DNA of 64,000 nt from Phoronis australis. Taxonomy: Eukaryota > Animalia > Phoronida. Under the pieces are notes generated by a model. That model had not been told where the DNA came from. It worked only from the letters and a program-made list of their open reading frames with translations, and ran no database searches. Shown here piece by piece: positions 50,401 to 63,300 of the stretch. The translations under genes and the position numbers were made by a program. How positions within the stretch are numbered: the first letter of the stretch is position 1; each line of letters starts with the position of its first letter. The DNA lies in assembly GCA_002633005.1 (NCBI GenBank), contig NMRA01000236.1:279030-343029 (forward strand), in the 5' to 3' direction.

Positions 50401-53400
50401 TGAAATATATTTTCCCTGATAATTGAAAATCAAAGCTAATTTAGCAAGTGATTATTTTCCCGGTGATTGAGTCACAGTGACTGCAGGCTGGGGAATTACC
50501 GGTAGTTCGCCGTTTATTGTGTCCTGGCAGCAAAATCAAGCACATACGTGGAGCTCACTGACGGGAATAGTCGATGGTTTTCTGATCTTGTCCGTGGTAT
50601 AAACCTGTGCTCAATAAGGCATTTAGTTTGATAATAGAAAGTAGGTGAACATTATGCCATGTTACATAATACTTAATTTGACATTTATTTTTAAGTTTTT
50701 GAACTAAATTGCCTTTGAAACAAGGACCAGAAAATCAAGTGTCTGATACTATGTTTGTATGCATAAGGCATTCATGATTTGAATCATTTACCTGACATTA
50801 ACTTCTTTGGTGTGATATCACATTATATGACTTGATTCAAGTGGATCTCGTGTAACTTTTCTTCACTAAATTTTTTAACGGAGTTTTGTGATGATATAAC
50901 ATATGAGTATGCTCATTGATGGATAAAGTACAATGCTTAAGCCTGGTTATAGTGACCTATTCTTTATGACTAGTCTTTCCTTATTTTAGACAAATCTGTG
51001 ATCTTGCTGACAAGTATAACGCCATGGTATTTATGGATGAGTGCCATGCCACAGGCTTCTTTGGTAAGACTGGTCGAGGTACGGAAGAGTTTTTCAACCT
51101 CCCTCCAGGCCGCGTTGATATCATCAACTCGACACTGGGCAAGGCTCTAGGTGGCGCTGCTGGTGGTTACACAACAGGACCCAAGGAGTTGATCGATCTG
51201 CTGAGGCAGAGGTCACGACCCTATCTGTTCTCAAACACACTCCCGCCCCCTGTTGTTGCCAGTGCCAGCAAGGTTAGTACACAGCTAACTTCATTTTTAT
51301 GCGCCCACATACTTATATGTGGGTGCATATTGCAGTCATCTCTGTCTTATTGATATTTGGGAGGTGTGTTCCTATGGGATTGACGACAGATAGCGACAAG
51401 TTTCGGACTGACACGAATACTGATGTGCCCCCCAAGTGGCAATTTTAGTTTTTTACGTTTGCCTCTATATCTTCAAAGGTCCTCAACTGATTTTCATGAA
51501 ATTTGTCACAGAGGACGCTATCCATTCGTTTTTGGATCGATTCGAGGTATTTTGCACCATCTAGTGGCCATTTCTAGTATTATCGAGTCTGTTTTTAGGC
51601 GTTCGCCCCTCTGTCAACCAAACCACTTAAGGATGATTGCGAAAATTGGCATGTATGTTTTTACTATGATGAAGACGGTTGAGGATGATTTTCCGACGAC
51701 TTCGACTACTGTGGCGCCTCCTAGTGGCAGTTTTGTTTATTTCCGTGCCCATGGCTGTATCTCTTAAACGCTCTACAGGATATTTATTAAATGCAGCAAA
51801 TGTGTTTATATGAATTTGACAACAGACGACGACAACGACTTTCGGACAGATTGGACTACAGGTGTGCCCCCTAGTGGCACTTCTATTTTTTTTATGTTTA
51901 CCGCTTCAAAGGTCCTCGATGGATTTCCATAAAATTTGGCACATAGGCATCTATTAATGGGTTGACGTTATCCTCCCTTTTTCGGATGGATTCGAGGTAC
52001 TTTGCGCCACATAGTGGCCATTTTTACTGTTTTCGAGTCTGTTTTTGGTGTCCGTCCCTCCATCAACCAAACCACTCTAAGGATGATTGTGAAAATTGTC
52101 AGGTACTGTATGTTGTTACTGTAAAGAGAACAATTGACAATGTTTTTCTGATGACTTCAAATACTGTGGCACCTCCTAGTGGCAGTTTTGTTTTTCTTTT
52201 GCGCCCAGGCGTGCCTGTATGGCCTAAGCCCTCTGCAGGATCTTTGTTAAATTTAGCATGTGTATTTATATGAAGTTAACAACGGACGACTTTCAGAGTG
52301 TTTCGACTAACACTGCCCCTAGTGACAATTTCATTTTTTTCTGTTTTCCTCTTTTTCTCTGAATTTTCATGAAATTTGTTAAATAGTTTTCTTTTAAAGA
52401 AACAGTGACATTTTCTGGTTTTCAGATGGATTCAACATATTTTGCTCCATCTGGTGGCCATTTTTACTGTTTTCTAATCTGTTTTGGTGTCCACCCTCTG
52501 TCAACCAAACCACTTGTAGGATGATTGTGAAAATTGACTTATATAATGTTAGTGTGAAGAGGACGGTTGACGATGATTTTCCGGCTTCAACTACTGTGGC
52601 GTCTCCTAGTGGCATTTTTTCGCCCTTAGCTGTATCTCCTAAGCCCTCTGCAGAATGTTTATTAAATTTAGCAAGTGTATTTATGTGATGTTGACAACGG
52701 AAGATGACAACTTTCAGACGGATCCGATGAATGCTTTGTCCCCTTGTGGCAATTTCAAATTTTCTCTTTTGCTAAAATTTCTTGTGGATTTTCATAGATG
52801 TGGTTAATAGTTTTCTGTTAGACATTTTCCATTTTTTGATGGATTTGAAGTATTTTGCACTTATCTAGTGGCCATTTTTATGATACAAATAAATGGTCTA
52901 GAAGCACATCGTTTGCAGTGCATTCGTGGGTGCATTTCAATGTTCCGCGTTGTGTAAACCATGGTACGAAAGGTGTGAAATGCCATGATTTACGCAGGGA
53001 TGAGTAAAAAACAAATCTCACATCATTTTTGCTTGTCTCAGGTGGATTTCCTTATTTGAAAAAGGTGCAACTAAAAAGAATACTGCACCACTGACTCGAT
53101 TTTCAAAAATATAGAAACTAGAACCAATTCTGCTTTTTGGTGTTAAATGATTCCTCATTTAATGAACCTCAGACAAAAGCGTTGTCATTATGTCTCTTGG
53201 CGTATGTGTCGTCGACAGTTTGATCTTTAGTGCCCTGTCTATGCATTGCTGTTAACAGAACTCTACACTTACAAGTACTGAATAACCAGGTTATATGAAC
53301 CGACTAAAAGATATCTGTGATTCTATTGACAGTGTACACTTTTTCACTTCTATTGTATTGTACAAGCCAAAAATATTCAGACAAAATGACTTGGAATCTC

Positions 53401-55351
53401 TCGTCGTGATGGCTGGGCAGAAGTCAATATTCATCATCAAAGTGGCATTTACTAGTCACTCCGAATAAAGGGAAATTAACATGTATGTCTGTAAGGTGGC
53501 TAAGCCATTCTGTTATTAAAACTGTGCCAACCAGAGTTAGTCATGACCGGTATTTAATCTGATTACTTTTGTCTTGTATTGTGTACCATGGGGCATAATG
53601 AACTGGAATATGTATATTACTGCAAAGGTCCTCAAATTTTCACATTATAGTCAGTCCAGCTGTCATTGAAAATCTATACTTCAGTGCACAGGTGTAATGC
53701 TACTTGCCAATTACATGTGCTACTTTTCTGTATAGATAACAATTAATCCTAATCTTTGAGGTCATTATGTGCAATTTCCTGTTAAAGTTATAAGCTACGT
53801 TAGTTGCTTAGGATGAAATATGCAATAAATTAGAGACATTCTTTCTGTTTTGTTTTATCTACAAAATTCATAAACTCCGTCTGTCTTGTGTATTTAAACA
53901 TTTCCTTAAGCCCACCACGAACATTTTACATTCTGAACACGAACATTAAAGCGGCAATCAACTTGATTTCCATCTCAAAAACCAACTTGCCATTATGAAA
54001 TTACCCACAAGTCGTTCTTTGGTCTATTAGAAGTGATTTCAAGGCTTCATTAGAACTGACGGTTCATTACTGCTTGTAGTGAGGGTCTGCAAGTTGGTTT
54101 CTAAGCATGCGCGCACCCAGCCTTTCATATGGGGGGGGCTCGAATTTCCAATGATGCGGACCTTTTACCAACAAAAAAGCTGCAGGACTAAAAAAAGAAC
54201 GGATACCACGTCCAGAGCTGTGAATTTTGTGCTTGTGCCTTTTGAGTGGNACGCCCCCCCCCCCCCCTGGGTGCGCGCATGCTCGGGGATTGTCATATGC
54301 GCTGGGCCATGGTCTCAAGGTTTCGTTATGCGCTGGGCCATGGTCTCGAGGACTAACAAACTGTTAGCTCTTTGCAAGCCCAGAAATATTCTGATCTGAG
54401 TAAGGATCAAGTTGTGACCCATTTTACAGGTAAAAGACATAAATTAACATTTTGGCTCTTTGACTGAACACCAGTTTGTAGCATCTTTAACATGGCAGTG
54501 CATTTTTTTAAATCAACTAATTAAAATGTAGAATAGAAATTTTTAGTTTTTTCTTGAGTTTTTGTGAGTTCATGCCCATTGAGTCATTTGACAATGTTCT
54601 ATCCTGTCATACAGGTGTTTGACATGCTGATGGACGAGGGTACCCACCTGTCAGAGAAGGTGACTGAGAACACCCACCAGTTCCGTACGACCATGAAGGA
54701 GGCTGGCTTCAATGTGGCTGTGAGTAGCTGTGCTTAGTGACCACACTACAACGAGTATTGTGGCACTGTTGAAGCTCATGCACCCAAGGTTCCCACAGAA
54801 ATGAGGTGCAACCTAAGTACAGTAAAATGTGGGCACCAGCATTATCTGATGATGCAGATTTTTTCTGGTAACGCCCAATTAAAAACTGTTGTCTGAAGAA
54901 TCCTCTTCATTTAACGGCCAATCAAGCTCTTAACTGAAAAGACCTCTCCAAGTAACAATCAATAGGCTCTTCAGGAACCAGCCGATCAAAGTGCTGCCTG
55001 ATGAATCCTCATGAATTAACAGCCAATCAAATTGTTACCTGACAAATCTGCTTGGTTATTAACCAATCAAAGTGTTGGCTGAAATGCTTCTGTAAGTAGC
55101 AGCCAATCAAACTGGAGCTTGTAAAGGTATTTCCATGTGGCAACCAATTAAACTCAGGGTGTTATTACTTTTTTGCTACTCTGTTATTGGATGAAATTGA
55201 AATTCGAAGTTGGACTGTGAGCCTTCAGTACTTGTTCTAGTCATTACCACTGAGTGCATGAGAACTATCCTTGTGTGTCTGTTCTTTGTGTGGTTAGTGG
55301 AGGATACATTTCAGTGGGGTAGCACTCTATTTTACTTTCGCTTTCGCTTTG

Positions 55352-55395
<44 letters not shown>

Positions 55396-58300
55396 ATAGT
55401 AGGGGACGCCACAGTAAAAGCGTGTTCAGATGACTGGTTCGCATTTGCTTTGCATCTTTGTCAAGTGGAATTTTGCATCGCAATTAAGTTTTAACAAAAA
55501 TTTATTTTTATTGATATGTAATGTTGTGCATGTAGACATGTAAAACCTGATCATTGCAGGGTGACCCGGAGCATGCTATATGCCCTGTTATGTTGGGTGA
55601 CGCCAGGCTTGCTGCACAATTTGCTGACGAGATGCTAGGTAAGTGGAGTTTTTGACTGTGCCTTACTATTCAGCTCAATTATAGCATATTTTGCATTCCT
55701 GTTGAGGAATGCGCACCTTGTGTTGGTTCTTAACAGAAGTGAACTACACCAGCTCTTCATGTCATTTTATCTACTTTGATGTCCACCAAGTTCAAGAAAT
55801 TTGACCTACCGTATTCGCCCTAATAAGCGCCCATGCCCCTACAAGCGCCCCCATGCGTTTTCAGACTTTGCTAAAATAAGCACCCACCCCATGAACGTGT
55901 ATACATGCGAAAAATGCCTTACGTACAGTTCTAAAATTCTACAGTAAATTTTTCTATTTGTCAATAATATCGGACAGTCCTGAAAAATCATTGTACGGGG
56001 AATTTCTAGATCACGAGCCTCGCCGCAATGTCGGTATTTAGCCGTGACTATACACTTCAAACTTCTGCAGTGCTTCAAAAAAGAATGCAAGTTTTCCTGA
56101 TCTTGTGAGGAACTTGTCCCACCATAGTCGGGCATTTCAGAACAGACACAGCGTACTTGTCGATGGGATTGTATCCTATCTTTCCTATACAGATCTCCCT
56201 CAACAGGAATCCAGATTTCTTTGTACATGTGCAGAAAACTTCGAATTGAAGACTAAGACTGATAAAGAAATTGACCAGTGTTAAAAGCACGTGGTCAGGA
56301 AGCACGCGCTACATACATGTAGGTCTGCTAGTCTGGCAAATGAACTCTGGTGACACGCACACTATCATCTCTGTCTGGGCGTCCGCAACTGTATCTCCTA
56401 AATTCCTCACACGATCTTGATAAAATTCGACAGATGGATTCCTATAAAGCTGACGACAGATGGTGACGAATTCCAGATGGATCCGACTACCGGTGTGCCT
56501 CCTAGTAGCAATTTTATATTTTTACGTCTACCTCTGTATCTTCAAAGGTCCTCAATGGATTTTTGTGAAATTTGGCACATGGGCATCTATTAGTGAGATG
56601 ATGCTAGTTTTCCGTTTTTCGACGGATTCGAGGTATTTTGCGCTACCTAGTGACCATTTTTACTGTTTTCGAATCTGTTTTTTGGCATCGGATTCATCCA
56701 CCCCTCTGTCAACCAAACCATTCTAAGGATGATTGTGAAAATTGGCATACATGTTATTACTATGAAGAAGAAGGCTGATGATGATGATATTCCAATGACT
56801 CCGGCTGCAGTAGCGCCTCCTAGTGGCAGTTGTTTTTTTTTTGTGCCCATGGCTGTATTTCCTAAACGCTCTGCGGGATCTTTACTAAATTTAGCAAGTG
56901 TATTTACATGAAGTTGGCAACGGCCGACAACGACTTTCAGAGGGATTTGCCTACAGGTGTGCCCCCTTGGGGCTATTTAAATTTTTTGCGTTTACCTCTG
57001 TATCTTCAAGGTCCTCAACGGATTTCCATAAAATTTGGAATATAGGCATCTATTGGTGAGATGACGCTATCCTCCCGTTTTTGGAAGGATTTGAGGTATT
57101 TTGCACCACCTAGTGGCCATTTGTTTTGATGTTTTCAAATCTGTTTTTTGGTGTCCACCCATCTATCAACCAAACCATTCTAAGGATGATTGTGAAAATT
57201 GGCATACATGTATATGTTCTCAGTATGAAAAGGACGGTTGATGATGACGACTTTGACTACTGTGATGCCTCCTAGTGGCATTTTTGGCGCCCGTAGCTGT
57301 ATGTCCGAAATCCACTGCTGGATCTTTATTAAATTTAGCAAATTTACTCATATGAAGTTGAGAACAGACAATGACGACTTTCAAATGCATCCGACAAATG
57401 CTGTACCCCCTAGTGGCAATTTTTTCCTCTTTTGTTTCTCTGAAGTTCCTTAACAGATTTTTAGGAAAATTGGTAACTAGCTTTCTATTAAAGAAACGAT
57501 GGCATGTTCTCGTTTTCTGATAGATTTGACGTATTTCGTGCCATTTAGTAGCCATTTTAATGACACAAATAAATACCTCTAAAAGCACACCGTTTGCGGT
57601 GCATTCGTGGGCACATTTCTATGATCCGCATTGCTCTTGTATTATACATATACCATTTGCGATACTCATGGTGAGTTCACGCTCTGCATTGCTATTCCCA
57701 GGGCTTGGAATTTTCCGCGGAAACACGGATTTCCGCTTTTTTCAAATGTTCTGTCCGCGCATTTTATTATATTTCCGCATAAAAAATATCGGATTTGATA
57801 TAAAATTTCCGCGGCAAATTCCTTTCTTACCGCGGCATTGCAGACGATGTTCACCTCGAAAAGCGGAAGTTGCTCTTTATGTTACGGAGGAACGTAAATT
57901 GTCAACATTGCCGGGGCATCTGGGATAGCGTGGTGGGATTTTCAATGGCGTTCTCGTGTTATTGTAAACCGCGGCGACAAATACTACGGCTCTGCAGCCA
58001 AAAATGTGTGGGTTGGGAGTGGAATGACAAGCTAAAAGGACGTAGACGCATGCTACTGATGGTGGTAACGTTTTTTTTTTTAGTCCCGATTTTTGTCGGG
58101 GAAAGGTTCACGTCGACCATTTCGAGGTTGGGTAGCGCGCATGATTTGGGCCATAAAAGTTTCCGCGTTTTTTGTCATTGGTCATTCCAAGCCCTGTATT
58201 CCGAGAGTGTCTGCTAGCAACAAAACTCAACCCCTTTCTAAAGCATATGTTTTGTATTCTTGAAAATAGTTATTATGGTAAATAGTTTCTTATCTCCGGA

Positions 58301-60607
58301 GGTGCCAAAATCCTTAACTTGCAGTATAATTCCATCGTGGTAATAAGCCTTTAATTTTTCATGTTATCCGTGGCTTGCACTACTTTTATTTTTTGTTTTG
58401 TGTTTTTCTTTTATTTCTCTGTACATTTGTGATTCTAATAAAATTTATTATCATTATCGTTGTCATTATCATATTGCTTCACATAAACTTTTTGGTTCCT
58501 GCTGACTATAGAATAAATGTGCCATCATATGTGGTGCAACCTGTCTATCGATTTTTGTCATGCATCCTGCACCACTGCCGCATTTTGAAATTTCTAAAAC
58601 AATTTCTGTATCAACATGGCTGGGCACAGCTTGTCATTTTTAAGTCATCTCAAATTTTGATGCTCACCATGCAGATTGAGTCGTAGCATGTCTAAAGTGA
58701 CCATGTTGTAGTTGTTAAAGGAAGGTCTTGGTTTAGATTACTGTGGCATCAGTCTGATTCACCTGTTTTTCTTTCAGAGAGAGGCATTTACGTCATCGGT
58801 TTCAGTTTCCCTGTTGTGCCAAAAGGTGAGTGATACCATCACAAGAATCCTACATTGACTCCCTAACCGGTTGAGATTGGGCAACTCGACCTGTTTTCTT
58901 ACCTCAGGAATTGCCTGTTCAGATCAAAGACTTCATGTTGTTGTGGTTAATTAAATTGCCTCAAGCCGCTGATGTTATCGGTCTTAGATAATCAGACTCA
59001 CCATAAACACACTGGGGCAACGACTTTTTTAATTTTCGATTTTAAGGTTTTTAAATATCATATTTGAATCGTTCATGAAAAATAGATATTGTTTGGTTTT
59101 TGGAATTTTGAAGATAGGACAAGAAAGGTGACTTTCAACATGTAAATTTTAACCGAATGTTGCCCAGAGCTCTCGCGTTGTTCTGTGCCTCATTAATTCT
59201 GTGGGGTGTGCAGCATAATGGACCAGTTACCAAACCAGCAGGGAGCGTTGGATTTTGATGTAGGCCAAGTGTCATGGTTACAATTCTTGGCATGTTACCT
59301 GATCATGTTACCTTAGTTGATCATTTAATGTTCTGTTGCTACATTGAGCTGCATAGTAATGCTGCAAAACTATAGAGTTCAACTGTGTTGGTAAAAGTAA
59401 AATTAATATTTTCTGAATGTAAGCCTTTGGAGAACAGTGTGTAAAGCATAGTTACCTGAAAGTTTCCTGGTCATTCGTTTCTGAGGTGTGATGTTAAGAC
59501 ATTTTCTTAGGTCCACATTAGCTTAATGCAACTCTAAACCTGTGTTTCGTGTAAGGAGCGAAATTTTCATTCGGACCACTTGCAATCATAAAATTAATCT
59601 CAGTTTGTCCCTTACTCAGATGAGAAGTGACATTTGGGTTTGCACTTAAATTTTGTTTATTGCTTGAGACCACAGTTCTTTCAAAGCTTGGAAATGCTCT
59701 GCAATTTGACTTAGGAACAATTTGAGATCATTTTCATAATGTTAAGTGGTCTAAAACTTTTGTGGTGTTAAGGCTGGTTAATAAGCACTTTATGTGCGCT
59801 TGCCAGAACGAGAACTCATTCAAGAGTTTCTACGCTTACACCATTCACTTGACGTTGTGTCCAGATGTGCAGCACACCTTCATGTAAAGATGAGTCTGTT
59901 TTACAAGCCTCTTCAGGTCACGGTGTCCTATTGCAATATCCTGTTTGCCCACACATTTGTTGACATCTTTTTTCAACATAGCATATTTTGCTTACTCAGA
60001 AATGTGTTTGCATTTAGTGAATTTTATCAACAGGATTTTAAAAGTTCTTCAAACCAGACGTATGATGCTGTGAGATAGTTATACAATGCAAACTTTGTCT
60101 GACTGACTGAACCATTGTCATATCAGTTTTGTTACTTTTCTGTGCCACCATTGCTCAAGTCAAATACAAAGTAATGAGGATGGCAATGAAAGTCAGCGGG
60201 GATCTCAGCTGCGGAGCACAGTACTGAAAGTCAGCGGGGATCTCAGGCGCGGAGCACAGTACTGAAAGTCAGCGGGGATCTCAGCTGCGGAGCACAGTAC
60301 TGAAAGTCAGCGGGGGATCTCAGGCGCCGAGCACAGTACTGAAAACTTAGCAAATATTGCTTACTTGGACTGGTTAGCATTTTTGGAACTTGCTTAGTTG
60401 GTCCCCATTTCCAGTGGGAGGAACTGCTCTTATTCATTTTCATTCATAGAAATTAACAAAAAGGTTTATAATACTGAATGAATGATGTGCATTTCAGGTC
60501 AGGCCAGAATACGAGTGCAAATCTCAGCATCACACTCTCCAGAAGATATCCAGAAGGCTACCGATGCATTCATTGAGATTGGGCGGAAATTGAAAGTGAT
60601 TAACTAA
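44417..60607 (+). CDS. GCAT: 2-amino-3-ketobutyrate coenzyme A ligase (glycine C-acetyltransferase), mitochondrial; 426 aa, 10 exons
   Basis: Exons 44417-44429, 45405-45640, 46350-46439, 47126-47345, 48726-48822, 50990-51272, 54615-54719, 55560-55638, 58778-58825 and 60498-60607; GT-AG with consistent phases (1281 nt). Motifs [56 protein letters not shown] (PLP lysine), [20 protein letters not shown]. The 13-nt exon 1 is the least certain. Confidence 0.96.
44631..44737. mobile_element. 107-bp near-perfect hairpin MITE with 10-bp direct repeat, GCAT intron 1
   Basis: ACAGGCGTCCTCAGCTTCTGATCGTCCCCAATACACTACATA is mirrored on the other arm. Flanked by GGTTTAGTCC at 44621-44630 and 44738-44747. 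Confidence 0.8.
45174..45331. mobile_element. MITE with (C/T)AGTGGC..GGATCCGCCCCTG ends
   Basis: Imperfect inverted termini and G/C runs; resembles 762-939. Confidence 0.55.
46788..46920. repeat. Minisatellite, ~32-bp unit x4
   Basis: Unit TTGCAATCTAATCGGAAACATGCTGACACTAG with variants. Confidence 0.85.
47362..48220 (+). mobile_element. Helentron/DINE-like repeat, copy 2 (GCAT intron 4)
   Basis: Same 5' TTTTTATGTGCCCACATAT start, core repeats and 3' end as the copy at 21259. Confidence 0.75.
51294..52955 (+). mobile_element. Helentron/DINE-like repeat, copy 3 (GCAT intron 6)
   Basis: 5' hairpin ATGCGCCCACATA..TATGTGGGTGCAT, about 11 subunits, 3' subterminal GTGGGTGCAT. Confidence 0.75.
54104..54283. 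mobile_element. MITE with perfect 17-bp TIR
   Basis: AGCATGCGCGCACCCAG / CTGGGTGCGCGCATGCT. Confidence 0.8.
54870..55155 (+). repeat. Degenerate ~40-bp tandem array with repeated CCAAT(CAAA) boxes
   Basis: CCAAT or near-CCAAT motifs at about 54875, 54918, 54955, 54982, 55023, 55063, 55103 and 55144. Confidence 0.65.
55353..55393. repeat. (GT)n microsatellite
   Basis: About 20 TG units read directly. Confidence 0.95.
55807..56310 (-). mobile_element. TA-CCGTA-ended (Tc1/mariner-pogo-like) transposon remnant with a HIRAN-like ORF
   Basis: Terminus TACCGTATTCGCCCTAATAAGCGCCC at 55807, with AAGCGCCC subrepeats. Minus-strand frameshifted peptide [10 protein letters not shown] / [19 protein letters not shown] / [13 protein letters not shown]. 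Confidence 0.6.
56360..57642 (+). mobile_element. Helentron/DINE-like repeat, copy 4 (GCAT intron 8, 5'-truncated)
   Basis: Core subunits with CTAGTGGC motifs and the family 3' end GCATTCGTGGGCACAT. Confidence 0.75.
57699..58196. mobile_element. MITE with CAGGGCTTGGAAT TIRs and TATTCC duplication
   Basis: CAGGGCTTGGAAT / ATTCCAAGCCCTG termini. TATTCC at 57693-57698 and 58197-58202. Internal TTCCGC subrepeats. Confidence 0.75.
60187..60343. repeat. Minisatellite, 38-bp unit x4 (GCAT intron 9)
   Basis: Unit TGAAAGTCAGCGGGGATCTCAGCTGCGGAGCACAGTAC, with alternating variants. Confidence 0.9.
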
Positions 60608-63300
60608 AACAGTGCCAAAATGGGGGTGGACTTTTGAGGCTAATAGTAGGATGTAAGGAGATTGGATTTTGAGACCATTTTTCTCTGCTGAATAATTGGA
60701 ATAAAAGTGGTCCTCAAAATGTGGGCACATAATATCAAGCTATTGTCTTGTAGAAGATAGTCATTCTGCTCCTTTTCATTTAAAAACTTCAAACATTCGA
60801 TTAGTGCACTTTCAAGACAATCACGTTTTTAGATTAAGCAAAATTATATTGAAGTGTTTCTGTGTAGTTTTTAATTTATGGTGGTGCATCAACAAAATGG
60901 CCGCCACGTTTGAATGGCACTGGTGTTAACTTATAGTATAGTTCTAGTAAGAATGACCAATTATATATTCAGGACTGCAATTAGCGAATTTCTCCTATTT
61001 TAGTGAAACTTGAAATTGTGTTCTGAACTGGTGAATCTGTGGAGGGGAAAGAGTGTCTAACTGAGGAACTGTTTGGGTATTGACTGGTGGTGGTTACAGG
61101 CAGCTAGTTATTTGTGTTTTGTCATGTGTCTATGTTAAGTGAACTGCGAGTCATATCTGCTGTTGTTACGTATACTAGGTTTTCTTCAGAACACTGTTCC
61201 ATGCTTTGTATTCTTTAGTTTTGTTTTTTCAAACATCTCATTATAAGCAATAGCATTCCATGTTTTCCATTGTTGCAAGATGACGCTGGTGGAGTGGTTG
61301 AAATGGGACCAATGTGAGGCAACTTTGCAATGAATAAGGGGGTCCAAATGCAAAAGAAGAACTGAGCTTCAGTGACGGCTTATTTGTAATGAACAGAGTA
61401 GGGGGGTCATTGTATTCAGACGAAACGGCCCGAATTCACCCTGGTGATGCATGGGAGGAAGCGAGATTCATCTGCAGAATAATTATACCCACATGTCCGG
61501 GAATGAATGGTTATTAACAGGAACGTTAGTATCAGGTAGCTAAGCCATTCTCTTAGAATTTCATCACCCAAATAGTTATTAAAGGGTGATTTTTGCTGGT
61601 AACAGAATTAGCCACTGCGATGGAAAAACGGTATTTTGTCTGATTACTTTCGTCTTGTACCGTATGACAGACAGACATTCCATCACCATAGATTTCTTTA
61701 AACATTGATGAAAGCTTTATATGGATTGGTATTGGCTGGGCGTGCTATAGCTATGTTATCTCATTCTTATTGTAATCTCAATTTCTTAAAGGTTTTTGGC
61801 GGACCATGTTGATATTGTATAAAACATTTTTACATTTCTGATGTACTAATATTATTTTGAGTTTAAAAAGTTATTTTGACATTTTTAGTCTCAGGTTTTT
61901 AGTCACAATTACCTTGTTAATGGATTGTAAAAAGTGACATTCGTGTGATCAATTAGTGCATTTAAAATTAAAAAATCAAAATTTCATGTAATCAGTTCTG
62001 ATGAAGAGTTTACCTTTTTTGTTCTTAAAGAAGTTTGGATCTAAGTGTTACATGTATATATACATGTATATTAAGCATAATATATTTTATTCAATCAAAT
62101 GAATAAAATGGTTGCATGAATGACTTTATCAACCTTTATTGTTTAAGTGTGTCCTTGTTGCTCCCATTATTTAAAACGTTCTGGAGTAGGAAGTGTGTTG
62201 ATTATTTTTAGATTTGTGCAGCAATCGTTTCATCAATTGTGTAGCCTTGTGATGTTTCATCTTATATAGTTAGCAAGTTTTGTGGGCCTTTATGTATTGG
62301 TAAGGAACTTTTGATTTATTGTGTGTGAACTTGTCCTCTGAAAAGGGTGGCTGATTACGTAATTTCGAGATGCAGTTCACCTCGGATAATGCTGTCACTT
62401 TTGTGCCCTAATACAGTACACTTCGGATAATACTGTCATTTTTGTGCCCTAAGTGAAAATGATAATTATTCGTTTGAGTATTTTCCATAGCATGTTGAGA
62501 GATTTGCTTCTGGAGCCACCACTAGCAACATTCCGCTTGCATAGAGAAGATTTAATTACAGAGGGATGACTTTACAACACAGAACAAACTAATTTGACAG
62601 CACCATCTATCAGGAAGCGAGAAGGGATGTTTTTAAGACCTGAGTGCTTTTGTTAATCGACCTGGGAATTATCAAAACACCTTATTTCTGTTGTCTTTGA
62701 TTCTGATAGACCTATTGGGCTTTTGCTTATCTGAGTAACCCAAGGATTTTAAAATTTTCAAAAATTTCTTACTATCGTTACGATTATTGATTTGGTCCGA
62801 TAAAAATTGGCCTTTTTAACCACTTTTTGCACCTTGTTAAGCAATGTGCAGAATTCGGGATAAATCTCAGGTCGGTGATTTATTTTAAAAAACCTATATA
62901 CTTTGATTTAACCGAAGAGACCGATTAGAAGGATCGAATTAGGAACAGTAAGTTGCACGAGTTCAAATGACAAGTAAATCTGTCAGCATTTTACCAATTA
63001 GCGACGGTAAATCCAAAACGACGATGTATTCAACGTCGGGTTATTCGAGACCTACTGTTATTGTCAGCTTTGAATAAAGGTATATACTCCTAATGAGACA
63101 GAGACTAGTATTTTTCAAAAAAAACTGTTGTTTCTGTAACATTATAACATTTCCAAAATTAGCAACTGATAAGTGAGACACCTTTTTATTTTAAAGTGTA
63201 ACAAACGGGTCGGAGTTTATGAATTCATTGTTCTAAAGCCTGTTGTGCATGCATTGCCGTTTACCGAGCTTTACAGGTTTCTGCACGGACTTCTTGAAGA

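Noticed and set aside
51423-52615. Recurrent ORFs containing VAPPSGSF (also at 21826-22299 and 56460-57453)
   Set aside because: Translations of the non-coding tandem repeat subunit; frames and stops are not conserved between copies.
60187-60343. 38-bp repeats superficially resembling a CRISPR array (also the 32-bp repeats at 46788-46920)
   Set aside because: Units are head-to-tail with no unique spacers, there are no cas genes, and the context is a eukaryotic intron. These are minisatellites.
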